A stretch of 63,910 nucleotides of DNA, the filler included, from Olpidium bornovanus S191 (lineage: Eukaryota > Fungi > Olpidiomycota), in the NCBI GenBank assembly GCA_017911155.1. It is 30 parts of 30 records of this genome, joined end to end, with 100 filler letters (N's around TTAATTAATTAA, not from the genome) between each part and the next. Parts side by side here need not be neighbours in the genome. Positions count along the whole stretch, not along the records: positions 1 to 1,595 come from JAEFCI010004178.1; positions 1,696 to 2,774 come from JAEFCI010012637.1; positions 2,875 to 4,815 come from JAEFCI010007477.1; positions 4,916 to 11,878 come from JAEFCI010009510.1; 26 more parts are not named here. The stretch is one strand, 5' to 3'. Shown here one piece after another: positions 1-9,821 of this stretch (position 1 is the first letter of the stretch; each line of letters opens with the position of its first letter). Under the pieces are notes generated by a model. That model was given only the letters and a program-made list of their open reading frames with translations. It ran no database searches and was not told where the DNA came from. The position numbers and the translations under genes were made by a program.

Positions 1-1039
1 CATGCGGATACGCCGGGTTCCGAGTTATCGACGAAAAGCGAAAAAGAGAACTCAAGTGAGAAATCGACGCGAGCGTGGGCGTGATAATTAGTCGCGGTCC
101 CGTAGGGGGCTAACGGCGAGCGGGTCCGAAGGTTGTGGCGTGCGTTGGAGGCGGCGAGACTTTCGACCAGGGTCGTCGAATGGGGTTCGTCGAATGTTTT
201 TGTACTCCGTCTCCCCGACGCCGACAGCGTACCGTGGAAAACACTGTTCGAAGGGAAGCGGGATTCAGGAGGATTCGAGAACACGCCCGGCTATATAATT
301 TAGATTCCCACTCGGCACCCCCTTCGTCGCTCCCTTCTTTCCTCCATCCCCTCCCCCCTCCTCCCGCCCCCCTGGCAGGGTTTCCCGGTGCAGCTTTGCC
401 GTTTCCGGGCACCACCGCCGAAATTGCTTCCGTGCCTTTTCGCTTGGAACGAAGCCGCGGCCCATTTGTGAGCACAGTTAATCTTTTGGGGTGCCGAAGC
501 CGAAGAGCATGTTGTCCTTTGTTTTCCCGGACCGGCGGGGCCGTTACCTCTTGTCGGCTAAGTTCGACGCAGTTTCGCACCGGCGAAAAGAGCTGAGGGA
601 CCCGTAGCGGAAAAGAAATAAATTTAAAAACAGACAAAAAAGGCGTTTACCCGTGCGGCGCGGTTTACGTCCGCCGTCGGTCATGACCGTGGTCACCACC
701 CCCCCCCTCCCCCTCCCCTCCCTCCGCAGCTCCTTCCCTCCACCCCAATCCCTCTACGTCATATGACGTCTCCATAGATTTTGGTCCGCGACCAGGGAGC
801 GTTTTATCCTGCAGCGTACAAGATCGTGCGGGGAATAGGGGGGTAGACGGGGGAGGACGGGGTACGGCGCATAGGGGAAAGGGGAAACCCGGTAGTATTG
901 TACAAATACTTTACTATACTATACCCAACGAAAAGGTGAGGAATTGCTCCGCGTGGCCGTCGCCTCGGAGAACGGGAAGGAGGAAAGAGGAAAGGAGGGG
1001 GGGAGGGGGGGGGGGGGATGTTTCGTTTCCTAATTCAGA

Positions 1040-1595
1040 ATGTCGCGGAAGCGTCGCACCAATTTCCTCGCGGGACCGGGCAAAAGAGTTGAAGTCTCGG
1101 TCGGGGCTGCCGGGGAAGAGGTTGGCGGCGGCCCTGCGGCGACGGGCGTGCTGGTCGCCGACGGGTCGGCAGGTGGCGTAAGAATCGGCGGCAGGCCGGA
1201 TGACAGCATCGAGCATACGGCGGAGCCGTTGTGCCCGGTATGATACTGAATGGCGTCGAGCAACTGCGCGGAAGGTAAACGAGGAAAAAAATAATTAGAG
1301 AGTAAGAGAGAGAGAGAAAAAACAACAAACAAACAAAAAAACATTGACTTTTTTTTTTCTTTTTCTTTCGCGCACCAGGATACCACACGGAATTTCGCAA
1401 ATACGGGTGAGGATCGAATTCATCGAATCGGGGTCGAAGGAGGTGTTGTTGGACGCCCAAAGGGGGGCGTTCACCTGCAGCGATTGCCAGACGGTCACGA
1501 CGCAGTAGCCGCCGGCGGGGTCCTTTACGCACGCCAGGGCAGATACGAGGTCTGCCGCGGTTGTGAACGCGGATTCCGTTTCCTCGGGGTACATG
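1040..1595 (-). CDS. Unidentified spliced coding fragment (5' partial)
   Basis: Globular-looking exon MYPEETESAF...ICEIPC ends at a GTATCC donor. A T-rich intron ends in CAG at about 1265 and a further open exon follows. No family recognised. Confidence 0.3.
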
Positions 1596-1695
1596 NNNNN
1601 NNNNNNNNNNNNNNNNNNNNNNNNNNNNNNNNNNNNNNNTTAATTAATTAANNNNNNNNNNNNNNNNNNNNNNNNNNNNNNNNNNNNNNNNNNNN
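1596..1695. other. Artificial contig-joining spacer (first of 29)
   Basis: 44 N + TTAATTAATTAA + 44 N. Identical spacers start at 1596, 2775, 4816, 11879, 13080, 14380, 15630, 17763, 19758, 21213, 23043, 26052, 27263, 28791, 30401, 31883, 34745, 37746, 41777, 44035, 45693, 50687, 52029, 53908, 55226, 57044, 58956, 61508 and 62619. Confidence 0.99.
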
Positions 1696-1756
1696 ATAAC
1701 GCTCTGGTAAGTAACCCCCCCTCCCCTCGCCCCACGGAAACTGCTCCAAAAAGAAA

Positions 1757-2749
1757 TCAGGCTTCGGGAGGGGAAAGGAGCAACATCACACGAGCCGAGA
1801 CCAATAAAAAAACATGAAAAAAGGAAAACGAAAAAAATATTCCCTCACTCTTCAAAATACTCTTCCTTGGCACGTGACTCCTGATCCAAGCCACACTTGA
1901 ATAGTACTCCGACCCCGGTGGCACCGTCACCGTCGCGGCGGGGATGAGGAAGCCGGGGTAGCCGCCGTGCGGGTGATGGTGCCCGTTCCCCGCCGAAGAC
2001 GACGTCGCCGGCCCGCGGACCCAGAGGTGGGTAGAGGAAGCAGACACGTCCGACAGGCGGCGTCCCGTGCGAAGTCCGGCGGCCGGGGGGTATGCACGCG
2101 GCAGGAATGCGCCCGGCAGAAAAGCGGCGCCCGGCCGATGCGGCGTCTGCGCCGGGCATCCGGCAAACGTCGACGCGGCGGCCGCGGCGGCCGCGGCTGC
2201 GGCGGCGGCGGCCGACTGCGTCGCGGAGGCATCCGAGTGCCGCCGGCCGATCGTTTGGCGATAAGCTGCGGATTCGTGGAAAACCGGGGGCGGCGGCGCG
2301 CTGCCGAGCGAATGGGGCCGAAGCGGGCTGCCGGTACCTGGCGGCTCGTCTGCGCGTGATCCGAGCGGTAAGGACGACGGTGGCCGTTCCGAGACCGACA
2401 GGTCGGGACGTGACTTGGACTCGGCGGGCGGAGGCGGCGGTATGGATGACGGCGGAGTCACGGCAGCATCCACCGGCTGGCGTAGGCGGTGCTGCGGCAG
2501 GTCGATGGTCACACTAATTGACGGCTGCCGGCGTGAGGTGGAACCCGTGGTCGTGTCCTCCGGCTCGCACTTTCCATTAACGCGGGATGATGAGTAACGT
2601 ACGGAAGCCACGCCGGTTTGGGCAGGCATCGTAAGAGAGGAAGACCGCGGGGTCATGGTGGGCGGAAACGATGTCATCTTGGCGGCCGTCAATTGTCTGA
2701 AATTCGAACCACTCGAAGAGCTCGCAGGTCGGTCAGCGAGCGTCGGCAA
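1757..2749 (-). CDS. Ser/Pro/Ala-rich disordered protein exon (partial), unknown function
   Basis: Long open frame with poly-Ala, RRHS and RRLS PKA-type sites and RKSILK, followed by a GTGAGG donor and a T-rich intron. Confidence 0.45.
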   Translation of the reverse strand: MPTLADRPASSSSGSNFRQLTAAKMTSFPPTMTPRSSSLTMPAQTGVASVRYSSSRVNGKCEPEDTTTGSTSRRQPSISVTIDLPQHRLRQPVDAAVTPPSSIPPPPPAESKSRPDLSVSERPPSSLPLGSRADEPPGTGSPLRPHSLGSAPPPPVFHESAAYRQTIGRRHSDASATQSAAAAAAAAAAAAASTFAGCPAQTPHRPGAAFLPGAFLPRAYPPAAGLRTGRRLSDVSASSTHLWVRGPATSSSAGNGHHHPHGGYPGFLIPAATVTVPPGSEYYSSVAWIRSHVPRKSILKSEGIFFSFSFFHVFLLVSARVMLLLSPPEA

Positions 2750-2874
2750 CGTTGCGAGATTTCTCGAAAACGAANNNNNNNNNNNNNNNNNNNNNNNNNN
2801 NNNNNNNNNNNNNNNNNNTTAATTAATTAANNNNNNNNNNNNNNNNNNNNNNNNNNNNNNNNNNNNNNNNNNNN

Positions 2875-4300
2875 ACGTGTTCACGTGGGACAGGAATAAT
2901 GCTCACGGGCCGAGTTCTTTCCACATTGCCGTCGTAGGTATCCTCCGCAGCGCCGGGAACCGGTCCCAGTCGGTCCAGGATGGATGGTCTGCATGAGTCA
3001 ATTTGCCGGCAATTTTTCCGCTTCAAGCCGGGGCGGACGTCGAGGAGGTTGTCACTCCCAAGCTCGCTCCGCGGCGGCAGACCGTGCAGCATGTAGTACC
3101 GACTCCTTTCCCACGCCCCGGGTGTTTTCATGTCGATTACGTACGCTGCGAATCGCAGCTTCAGGGTCATGTTCGTCATCGTCGCCGGGAACCCTTTTGT
3201 GAACGGCAGCCCGGGCCTGAACTGCAGCATTGACTCCGTAGTCCAGCACGCCTCCCCGACGAGCGGATGCTGCCGGTAACTCGGCAGCGTCTTGCCTTCG
3301 ATCGCGCGCCTCGCAGTGGATTCATCGTCAAAAACCACATTGCCTTTGAATGTATCGCAAAGACGCAGCGTCAGAACCGTATCCCGGTTCCGACGTAAAC
3401 GGCTCATGGATAGCCCTCACTCACAGGCGCTGTCGTTGATCTTCGCGCCAACAAGAACAAATGAAAACGGGGCGAGTTCACCCGATTAAAATTTGTCGAG
3501 GCAAATAATTAAACGACGCCTGGTTGGAAATTTCTTACCCATTCGACGTCCGCGGGACCGTATTCCGCAAAATACGCTTTGACGTCCTCCGTAGACATCT
3601 GGTCAGTGCCGTAAAGATGGATCGTATCCATACGCACCTCAGATGCGTTCCCCGGAAGAATTGGATCCTCGGCATGGTCTTAGCCCGAACGAAACAAAAA
3701 GAGTGCAACCGCCGGAAGTCAAAATACGCAAACCGCGGAACCGAAATATTTGCCTGACACGCCTGCTGCATACCAACATCCTCGTCCGCCGCTTCACTCC
3801 CTCCAAAATCTTGCACCGCGGACGGATTCACGACATTGAAAAAATCTCTGTTTGGCGCGCCATCGGGCGGCTACAGGCTATGAACACCAACAAGACCTCG
3901 TGTCGGGCCGAACACGGGAAAGCGAAGGCCTCGGCCAAACTCTCACGTTGTCGGAATAACCACGTGTAGCGCCGAACTTTGCAGCCCGCATCGCGCGCTT
4001 ACGTTGCTCCTCCTCGGCGCCAAAGTCAAAACCTGCATCCGTAGAAGCGCGGACAACGTAAATCCGTTTGCGCCCAGGCCATCTAAAACACCTCCGCCTC
4101 GTCAGGCGCTTTCCTTAACCAAACCTATCAAGCGCTTGCGCACCTTCGACAAACTTCGAGGGAGGCGACGGCGATAGCTTGAGAACCGGCATCATATCCG
4201 GCTCTGCCTTGGCCGCGCCGTTCTTGCAGGCGGCGTCGTAGTCGACAAAGCCTGGCCCGCCCTTCAGCCTCCTGACTTCCAGCTCCGGGTCCCAGTCCAT
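2875..4300 (-). CDS. NCBP3: Nuclear cap-binding protein subunit 3 (NCBP3/C17orf85-like), spliced, 3' partial
   Basis: Exons give GFDFGAEEEQRKRAMRAAKFG, RMDTIHLYGTDQMSTEDVKAYFAEYGPADVEW, NVVFDDESTARRAI and LRFAAYVIDMKTPGAWERSRYYMLHG. These are the NCBP3 RRM-like motifs in the expected order, with GT-AG introns. Confidence 0.8.
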
Positions 4301-4717
4301 CTCGCGGCGGGTTATTGTCCCAGGCGCGCACCTGACCAGGAGCTGGAGGCAGGTGCCACCGCGGGACGGGGGGGTTTGCGGGTGCGCGGCAAGCCGAGGA
4401 GAGAGAGAGCCTGTCCCGTCCCGTCCGGTTGATGATGGGCGGTTGTTTGCGAGAAACGATAAGCCCCGGTGCAATATTATTAGCTGGACAGGAGAGGCCC
4501 CCCTGAATCCTCCGGGTGCGTCAAGCAGGAATAAGGGGCCAAGCGCACAACGGCCCTCAACCGGGGAACCCCGCCTCTCCCCACCCCCCCCCAACCGCAA
4601 ACGCCCGCAAACGCCCCGCATACAGCGGTCCCGCATCATCGCTCTCCGGGTAGCCGATGATGGTCCTCTATTTCACGCGCAGTAGTATCAATAACATGCA
4701 AACCTGCTACCAGAGGG

Positions 4718-4741
4718 AAGGAGTAGCAGCTGCTACTCCTT
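4718..4741. repeat. Perfect 24-bp palindrome
   Basis: AAGGAGTAGCAG|CTGCTACTCCTT, with no spacer. Confidence 0.95.
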
Positions 4742-4952
4742 TCAGCAGCTTAACCGCATCGTCGGTGAGATCAGGACCATTTAGTGCGACATTCGTTGCC
4801 ACGAACTGATTACCANNNNNNNNNNNNNNNNNNNNNNNNNNNNNNNNNNNNNNNNNNNNTTAATTAATTAANNNNNNNNNNNNNNNNNNNNNNNNNNNNN
4901 NNNNNNNNNNNNNNNCATGTTGTGCGGGTAGATTGCCTGGTTTCGCAGATCA

Positions 4953-4955
<3 letters not shown>

Positions 4956-4992
<37 letters not shown>
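4956..4992. repeat. (CT)n microsatellite
   Basis: Read directly. Similar CT/GA tracts at about 6345-6376, 9522-9605, 45291-45343 and 47058-47222. Confidence 0.95.
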
Positions 4993-4996
<4 letters not shown>

Positions 4997-6344
4997 CTCT
5001 CTTATGTGATGTTTTAATTTATTTGCGATAATATCTATTCCCCTCCCACACGTGCCTTTATTAGTTAGAGGACCCCCTGCCGGGAATTTTTTTTATCTTC
5101 CCGTTCCTTTTCTCCACCCCACCCCCGACGCTTCTTCCATTCATGTTTGGTTCTCTTCTCTTTGTTTGCTCCACACCGCCCATAATTGTATGTAGAATAC
5201 ATGCTACCCTGTCCTTTTCTCCTCCGCGCTGCCCACTCCCTCCAGAGTATGTGTCCGAAAGAAACCTGCCCGCCCGGAACCGAGTCTCACAAGAGAGAGA
5301 AACGTAACAGCCCGCTTCTATTTATCGTCTCCGTTTGGTGGGTCGGTCGCCATTGTCACCGTTTCTGACGCGTTCCTTGAGGGGGGGAAGGGCAGGGTTG
5401 GGAGCTTTCCTCCGCGGTGCTGGTATAGTTTATAATAGTATGTGAAATACGCAAATGAGTTACGGCTGCATAGCTACTTTACACGCCGCAAGCGCGCAGC
5501 GGAGACGCGCATTCCCTGGATTCCCAACCTTTTTTTTCTATTTGGATTTCGTTTCATTACCACAAATCCTGATTTTATTTGAGAGTTCTCGTAGGCGGTG
5601 TTTTCGACAACACGCTCATAGTTGTGGCAGGTGCTGGCGCGGTTGCACATTTTAGAGCACAAGTTCGACTTTGGACTTTTGGAGAAAGCGCTCAAACAAC
5701 GACTTTTCAGTCTGTCAAGGCGTTGTTACGTGGCGTGGTGGGCGCGTTTTTCCTTTTCCTGCGCCTCCAGAAGTCAGTCTTCAAGTTGTCGATGCGGCAT
5801 TGGCACTTGAGCTGACTGCCAAAGTCGCATTGGGCCTTCAGCCGTAGTTGACTCGGTTGGTGGCGTGGCCATGTCTGTCATCCATCACATCGAGGGGAAG
5901 ACGAAGGGGGCGGCCACGGAAGGCACGCACGCACTCCCCGGCGACCGAGAACCTCGGACACGAACGAGGAACGTTTCGCGCCATGTCCATCATAACGTTG
6001 CGTGACGACGGCTTGGAAGTAGCTGCAGATGACGAGTATGAACAGGAGATGATACGATGAGGTTGCGAATGGCTAAAAAAAAAACGAGGGGGGGGGCCAG
6101 ACGATCCAAAGGAACGTGAGACGTCCAGCACGCGAAAGGCGGATCGGCAGCAACAAATCCACGGGTCAAATCCACGGGTCGTCTCCAGAAATTTGAGCGC
6201 GAGGCGCAGATTTTGGATTGTGTGGGCTACGGGGGAAAGGGCGTCCGTTCTCACAGCACGGCGGGTTGATTCGCTGAGGTGACGACGGGCTTCGGCAACG
6301 CGCAGAAGGGGGAAATTATGCGCATTAATCTCCAATCTTATTAA

Positions 6345-6376
<32 letters not shown>

Positions 6377-6637
6377 ACGCTCTCCGCCCCCTTTTTCCCT
6401 TTTTCCCTTTTTCCCTTCCTGTCGTCCACTTTCGCCAACCGACCGCCTCTCCCGCGACTTCCTCCCCCCCCCTTCAAACCTCCTCCTCCTCCTCCTCGCT
6501 CTCCTCCTCCTCGCTCTCCTCCTCCTCGCTCTCCTCCTCCTCCCTCTCCTCCTCCTCCTCAACTCCGCCTCACCCGCAAACGCCCCACCGCGCGCCCGAG
6601 CCGAGCGCCACCGGCACCACCCACCTTCCCCCGCACG

Positions 6638-8230
6638 ATGACGAAGTCAATCCACGTCTGCAAGCACCCCGTGCTGCAGCACAAAATGTCCCTGCTGCGC
6701 AGCACGAACACCTCCGCCAAGGACTTCAGGGACCTCATGCGCGAGATCGGCCTGCTGCTCGCCTACGAGGCCACGGGAAACCTGGCCGTGACCGAGGAAG
6801 ACGACGACGTGGTGCGCGTTTTTGTGGCGCGCCCCCGCGAGGCGTGCGCCGCGGACCGCTCTGGCCGAGTAACAACGCTGCCGGCCTGCGCTCGTTTTCG
6901 CAGCTCTCGTCGCCGGTCTCGGAGTACACCGGCGTCCGGCTTGCGGACACGGTCGGACTCGTGCCCGTTCTCAGAGCCGGTCTCGGGTTGGTGGAGGGTG
7001 CGTAGAGAACGGCGCTTTTCGCGCAAGAAAAAACAACGCCGACGCGGCTTCGCGGGCGGGCGCCCTTGCCACTGCCCTCACCGACTTGAACGCGACCTCC
7101 CCGATTCGGTTCGCCCCGAAACCGCGTCCGGCGCGGTGTCTGCGCAACGCCGCCCTCGTCACGGGAAGCCATGCTGTCGTACCTTCCCGACGCGCGAGTG
7201 CTGCACTTGGGTATATATAGGGATAAGGCGAGTGCGGGGAGGATATTGCGGAGACGGTGCAGTCGCCGCATCCGAGCATCTGCGGAGACGGCGCACCCGG
7301 CGCAACCGAAAATTGACGCACCGCGTTCCAGACCTCACTGCAGCCCGTGGAATACTACAACAAACTCGTGAGCGTGGATCTGCGCGTATCCGTGCCTTGC
7401 CCGCCGTTCGACGGCGGGCGTCCTCCCGACGTGTTACGCATGTTCAAGCTCTCGTCCGTCTTCCGTCGCCTTTCTTCTCCGAACGCTGTTCTCCGTCACC
7501 GCCCGCTCCCTGGAATCGCGTTGTTGCCACTTTGCAGCCGGAGACACCAAACGTGGACCTCTGCATTGTTCTTGACCCGGTGCGATGCGCTCGCCGCTGG
7601 TTTGAGGCTAAAAGAGTGCCGGGGAGGGATCCCGATCCTAATTGTCGTACGCCGTCTGTTCGTACCAGATGATAGCGACCGCCGGCACTGCGATAGCCAC
7701 CGTAAATATTTTGAAAGTGAGAGCTCGACGGGAAGCCGCAAGCGCGTTCTTACGCGCGGCGCGAAGACCGGAGGGGGTAGCCGCGTTGTCCGGCTTCTTA
7801 CCGATGTCGGATGATCACCTTTCCCAGGACTGGGGCGTCAAGCGGATCAAGTTCATATGTGTCTGTGCGAGCAAGAAGGGCTTGAAGGCCCTGAGTGACC
7901 GACATCCTGATGTAGAGATTTTTGCAGGCGTCATCGACGAAGAGCTCAGCAACGATGGGTGAGTTTTAGTCCTGCCGAAAATTTTCCGGGCACTCGCCCA
8001 AGGTTGGACGGCAGCAGGTTTCATTTTAAAACCCGTAACTGCCCTCATTTGGCGTGCTCCAGCTACATTATCCCTGGAATGGGCGATGCGGGCGACCGGT
8101 GGGTAAGCTCAGTCACGTTTGAATTTTCTTTTGACATAGGGGAAGAGGTTGCCATCTCGGCTAATTTTAACTGCTCTAATTCATTGTTTTAAGGCTTTTC
8201 TCGACTCCACATCCCCCCGAAACATTCTGA
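6638..8230 (+). CDS. upp: Uracil phosphoribosyltransferase, Upp type; 9 exons, apparently complete
   Basis: Spliced product HPVLQHKMSLLR...FRDLMREIGLLLAYEAT / VPVLRAGLGLVE / LHLGIYRDK / TSLQPVEYYNKL / CIVLDP / MIATAGTAIA / IFAGVIDEELSNDG / YIIPGMGDAGDR / LFST. It has the PRPP-binding DPMIATAGT and the UPRT GDAGDRLF motifs. Stop TGA ends at 8230. Confidence 0.95.
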
Positions 8231-8758
8231 AAACTCGCTAAGCCATCCGGAAGTTTTTTTGATGGCGCATTGCGCACTGTACACGAACAAGCAACGACAC
8301 ACGCATAGGAGAGATTTTTAGTTGCATGCATCGCACCGTAAACCTAATTGGCGTTGGGAAGACTTACGGATTGAAATATCTCCGGAGAGCTTATTTTTAT
8401 TACCTTGGAGCTAGACCCTCGATTTCGCTGTGGGCAGCATCGTTCGGCAATCCGCGTGTTGTGCGGCTACGGCATGCACACTGCGATCGGCTGAACTTGA
8501 AGGTTTAAAAACTTGCTAGTCTGAACTTTCAAGTCTGTCACACTGCATGTCTTTCAGAGTGAGGTTGTCACCGCACCGTGCTTCTGTGTTGCGCAAGGGT
8601 GGCAAACCGTTCCATTCGCACGCGCTTTTTTTTTGGGAACGGACATCTCTCTGAAAAGTTGCCGTCGGGCGAAAAACGTAGCAAAACAAGTAAAAAAAAT
8701 GACATCAATTTTGACTCTTTTGAGCTTAATCATCATCATCCCGTCATTGGCCATCGCC

Positions 8759-9005
8759 TCCAGCAGAATGGCTTGTCTCTAGGATGGTTTCTAGGATGTA
8801 TTTCCTAGATAAAGGCCGATGCCAGAAATGACTTTTGATTGCTCATAAAAACTTCTCAAATTGATAGCTACGTATTGACAATGGTTTATTCAAATCTCTG
8901 CCTATCAATTTCTGGGGCCAGGACAGAGCATACCGAGGAACGGGGAATTAGCGTCTGGTTCTGAAGAGGGTGCCTGAGTAACGCTTACCACATCCAAGGA
9001 AGGCA
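8759..9005 (+). pseudogene. Degenerate, internally deleted 18S rRNA gene fragment
   Basis: Collinear matches to the eukaryotic SSU consensus (from memory): GCTTGTCTC (8771), GGATGTATTT..TAGATAAA (8794), ATGGTTTATTCAAATCTCTGCC-TATCAA (8881), AACGGGGAATTAG (8939) and an exact TACCACATCCAAGGAAGGCA (8986-9005). Many C>T and G>A changes, plus deletions. Confidence 0.8.
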
Positions 9006-9518
9006 ACCGGCCGGCTCCTGTCAGAAGGTGGGCGTTGGGGCAGTTGTTAAGATCATCGGGATGTGCCTGTCGTGGCAGGCGCCAACCCTCGTCGCCTAGC
9101 TCGGTTAGGAAGGGCCGGGAAGCCACGCGGGAGGAAGGAACATATCTGGATTGCGTGCAAGCAAGCCCATGGCCCAGCACAGCATCCGTCGCACGTCTGA
9201 TCTCCCCGTTTGCGCCTGGAGGGGAAGCGCCACTGTCCCAAGCCCCACTCTGGCCTTCGCATTAGTCGCGGAGAAGGCAAACGTAACGGCCCAGGCTTTG
9301 TTCTGTCGACACCAAGATCGCCGTTCGAACCGCGGTTGGCCGGAGTCGACGTAGGGCGGGCGTGGTTGCCAGCTCCGTCCAGTCGAGTGTCGTCGGCGGA
9401 CGATCCCCCAACCTCGTTCCTCGACGGGTGCGTGCGGATGCGCTCCTCCAATTCCCGCACGTCACGCGTAGAGCAGATTACGATCGGCCGGGCGAGCGAG
9501 CGAAAGAGGAAAAGAAGG

Positions 9519-9573
<55 letters not shown>

Positions 9574-9821
9574 AGAGAGATGAGAGAGAGACAGAGAATG
9601 AGAGAGGCAAGGAGAAAGCCAGAGAGAGGGGAGAGAGGACCCTCGGTTTTTTTTCTATGGCGGGCGCTCGTGCCTGGTGGCGCGGTCCGCGCGCGTCGGG
9701 GGGGTTTCTATTTTTTCTTTCTTTTTATTCCGTTTCTTGCGCACGGGAGCAACGCCCACCCCCCCTCCCCCCGCATCGCTCTTCTCTCTGGGCTCGACGT
9801 GAACGGCCCTGACCTCCGGAA

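Noticed and set aside
1640-1651. TTAATTAATTAA repeated 29 times at irregular spacing, superficially like a CRISPR or dispersed-repeat system
   Set aside because: Always centred in 44+44 Ns. It is a synthetic six-frame-stop linker, and the LIN/N tails on many ORFs come from it.
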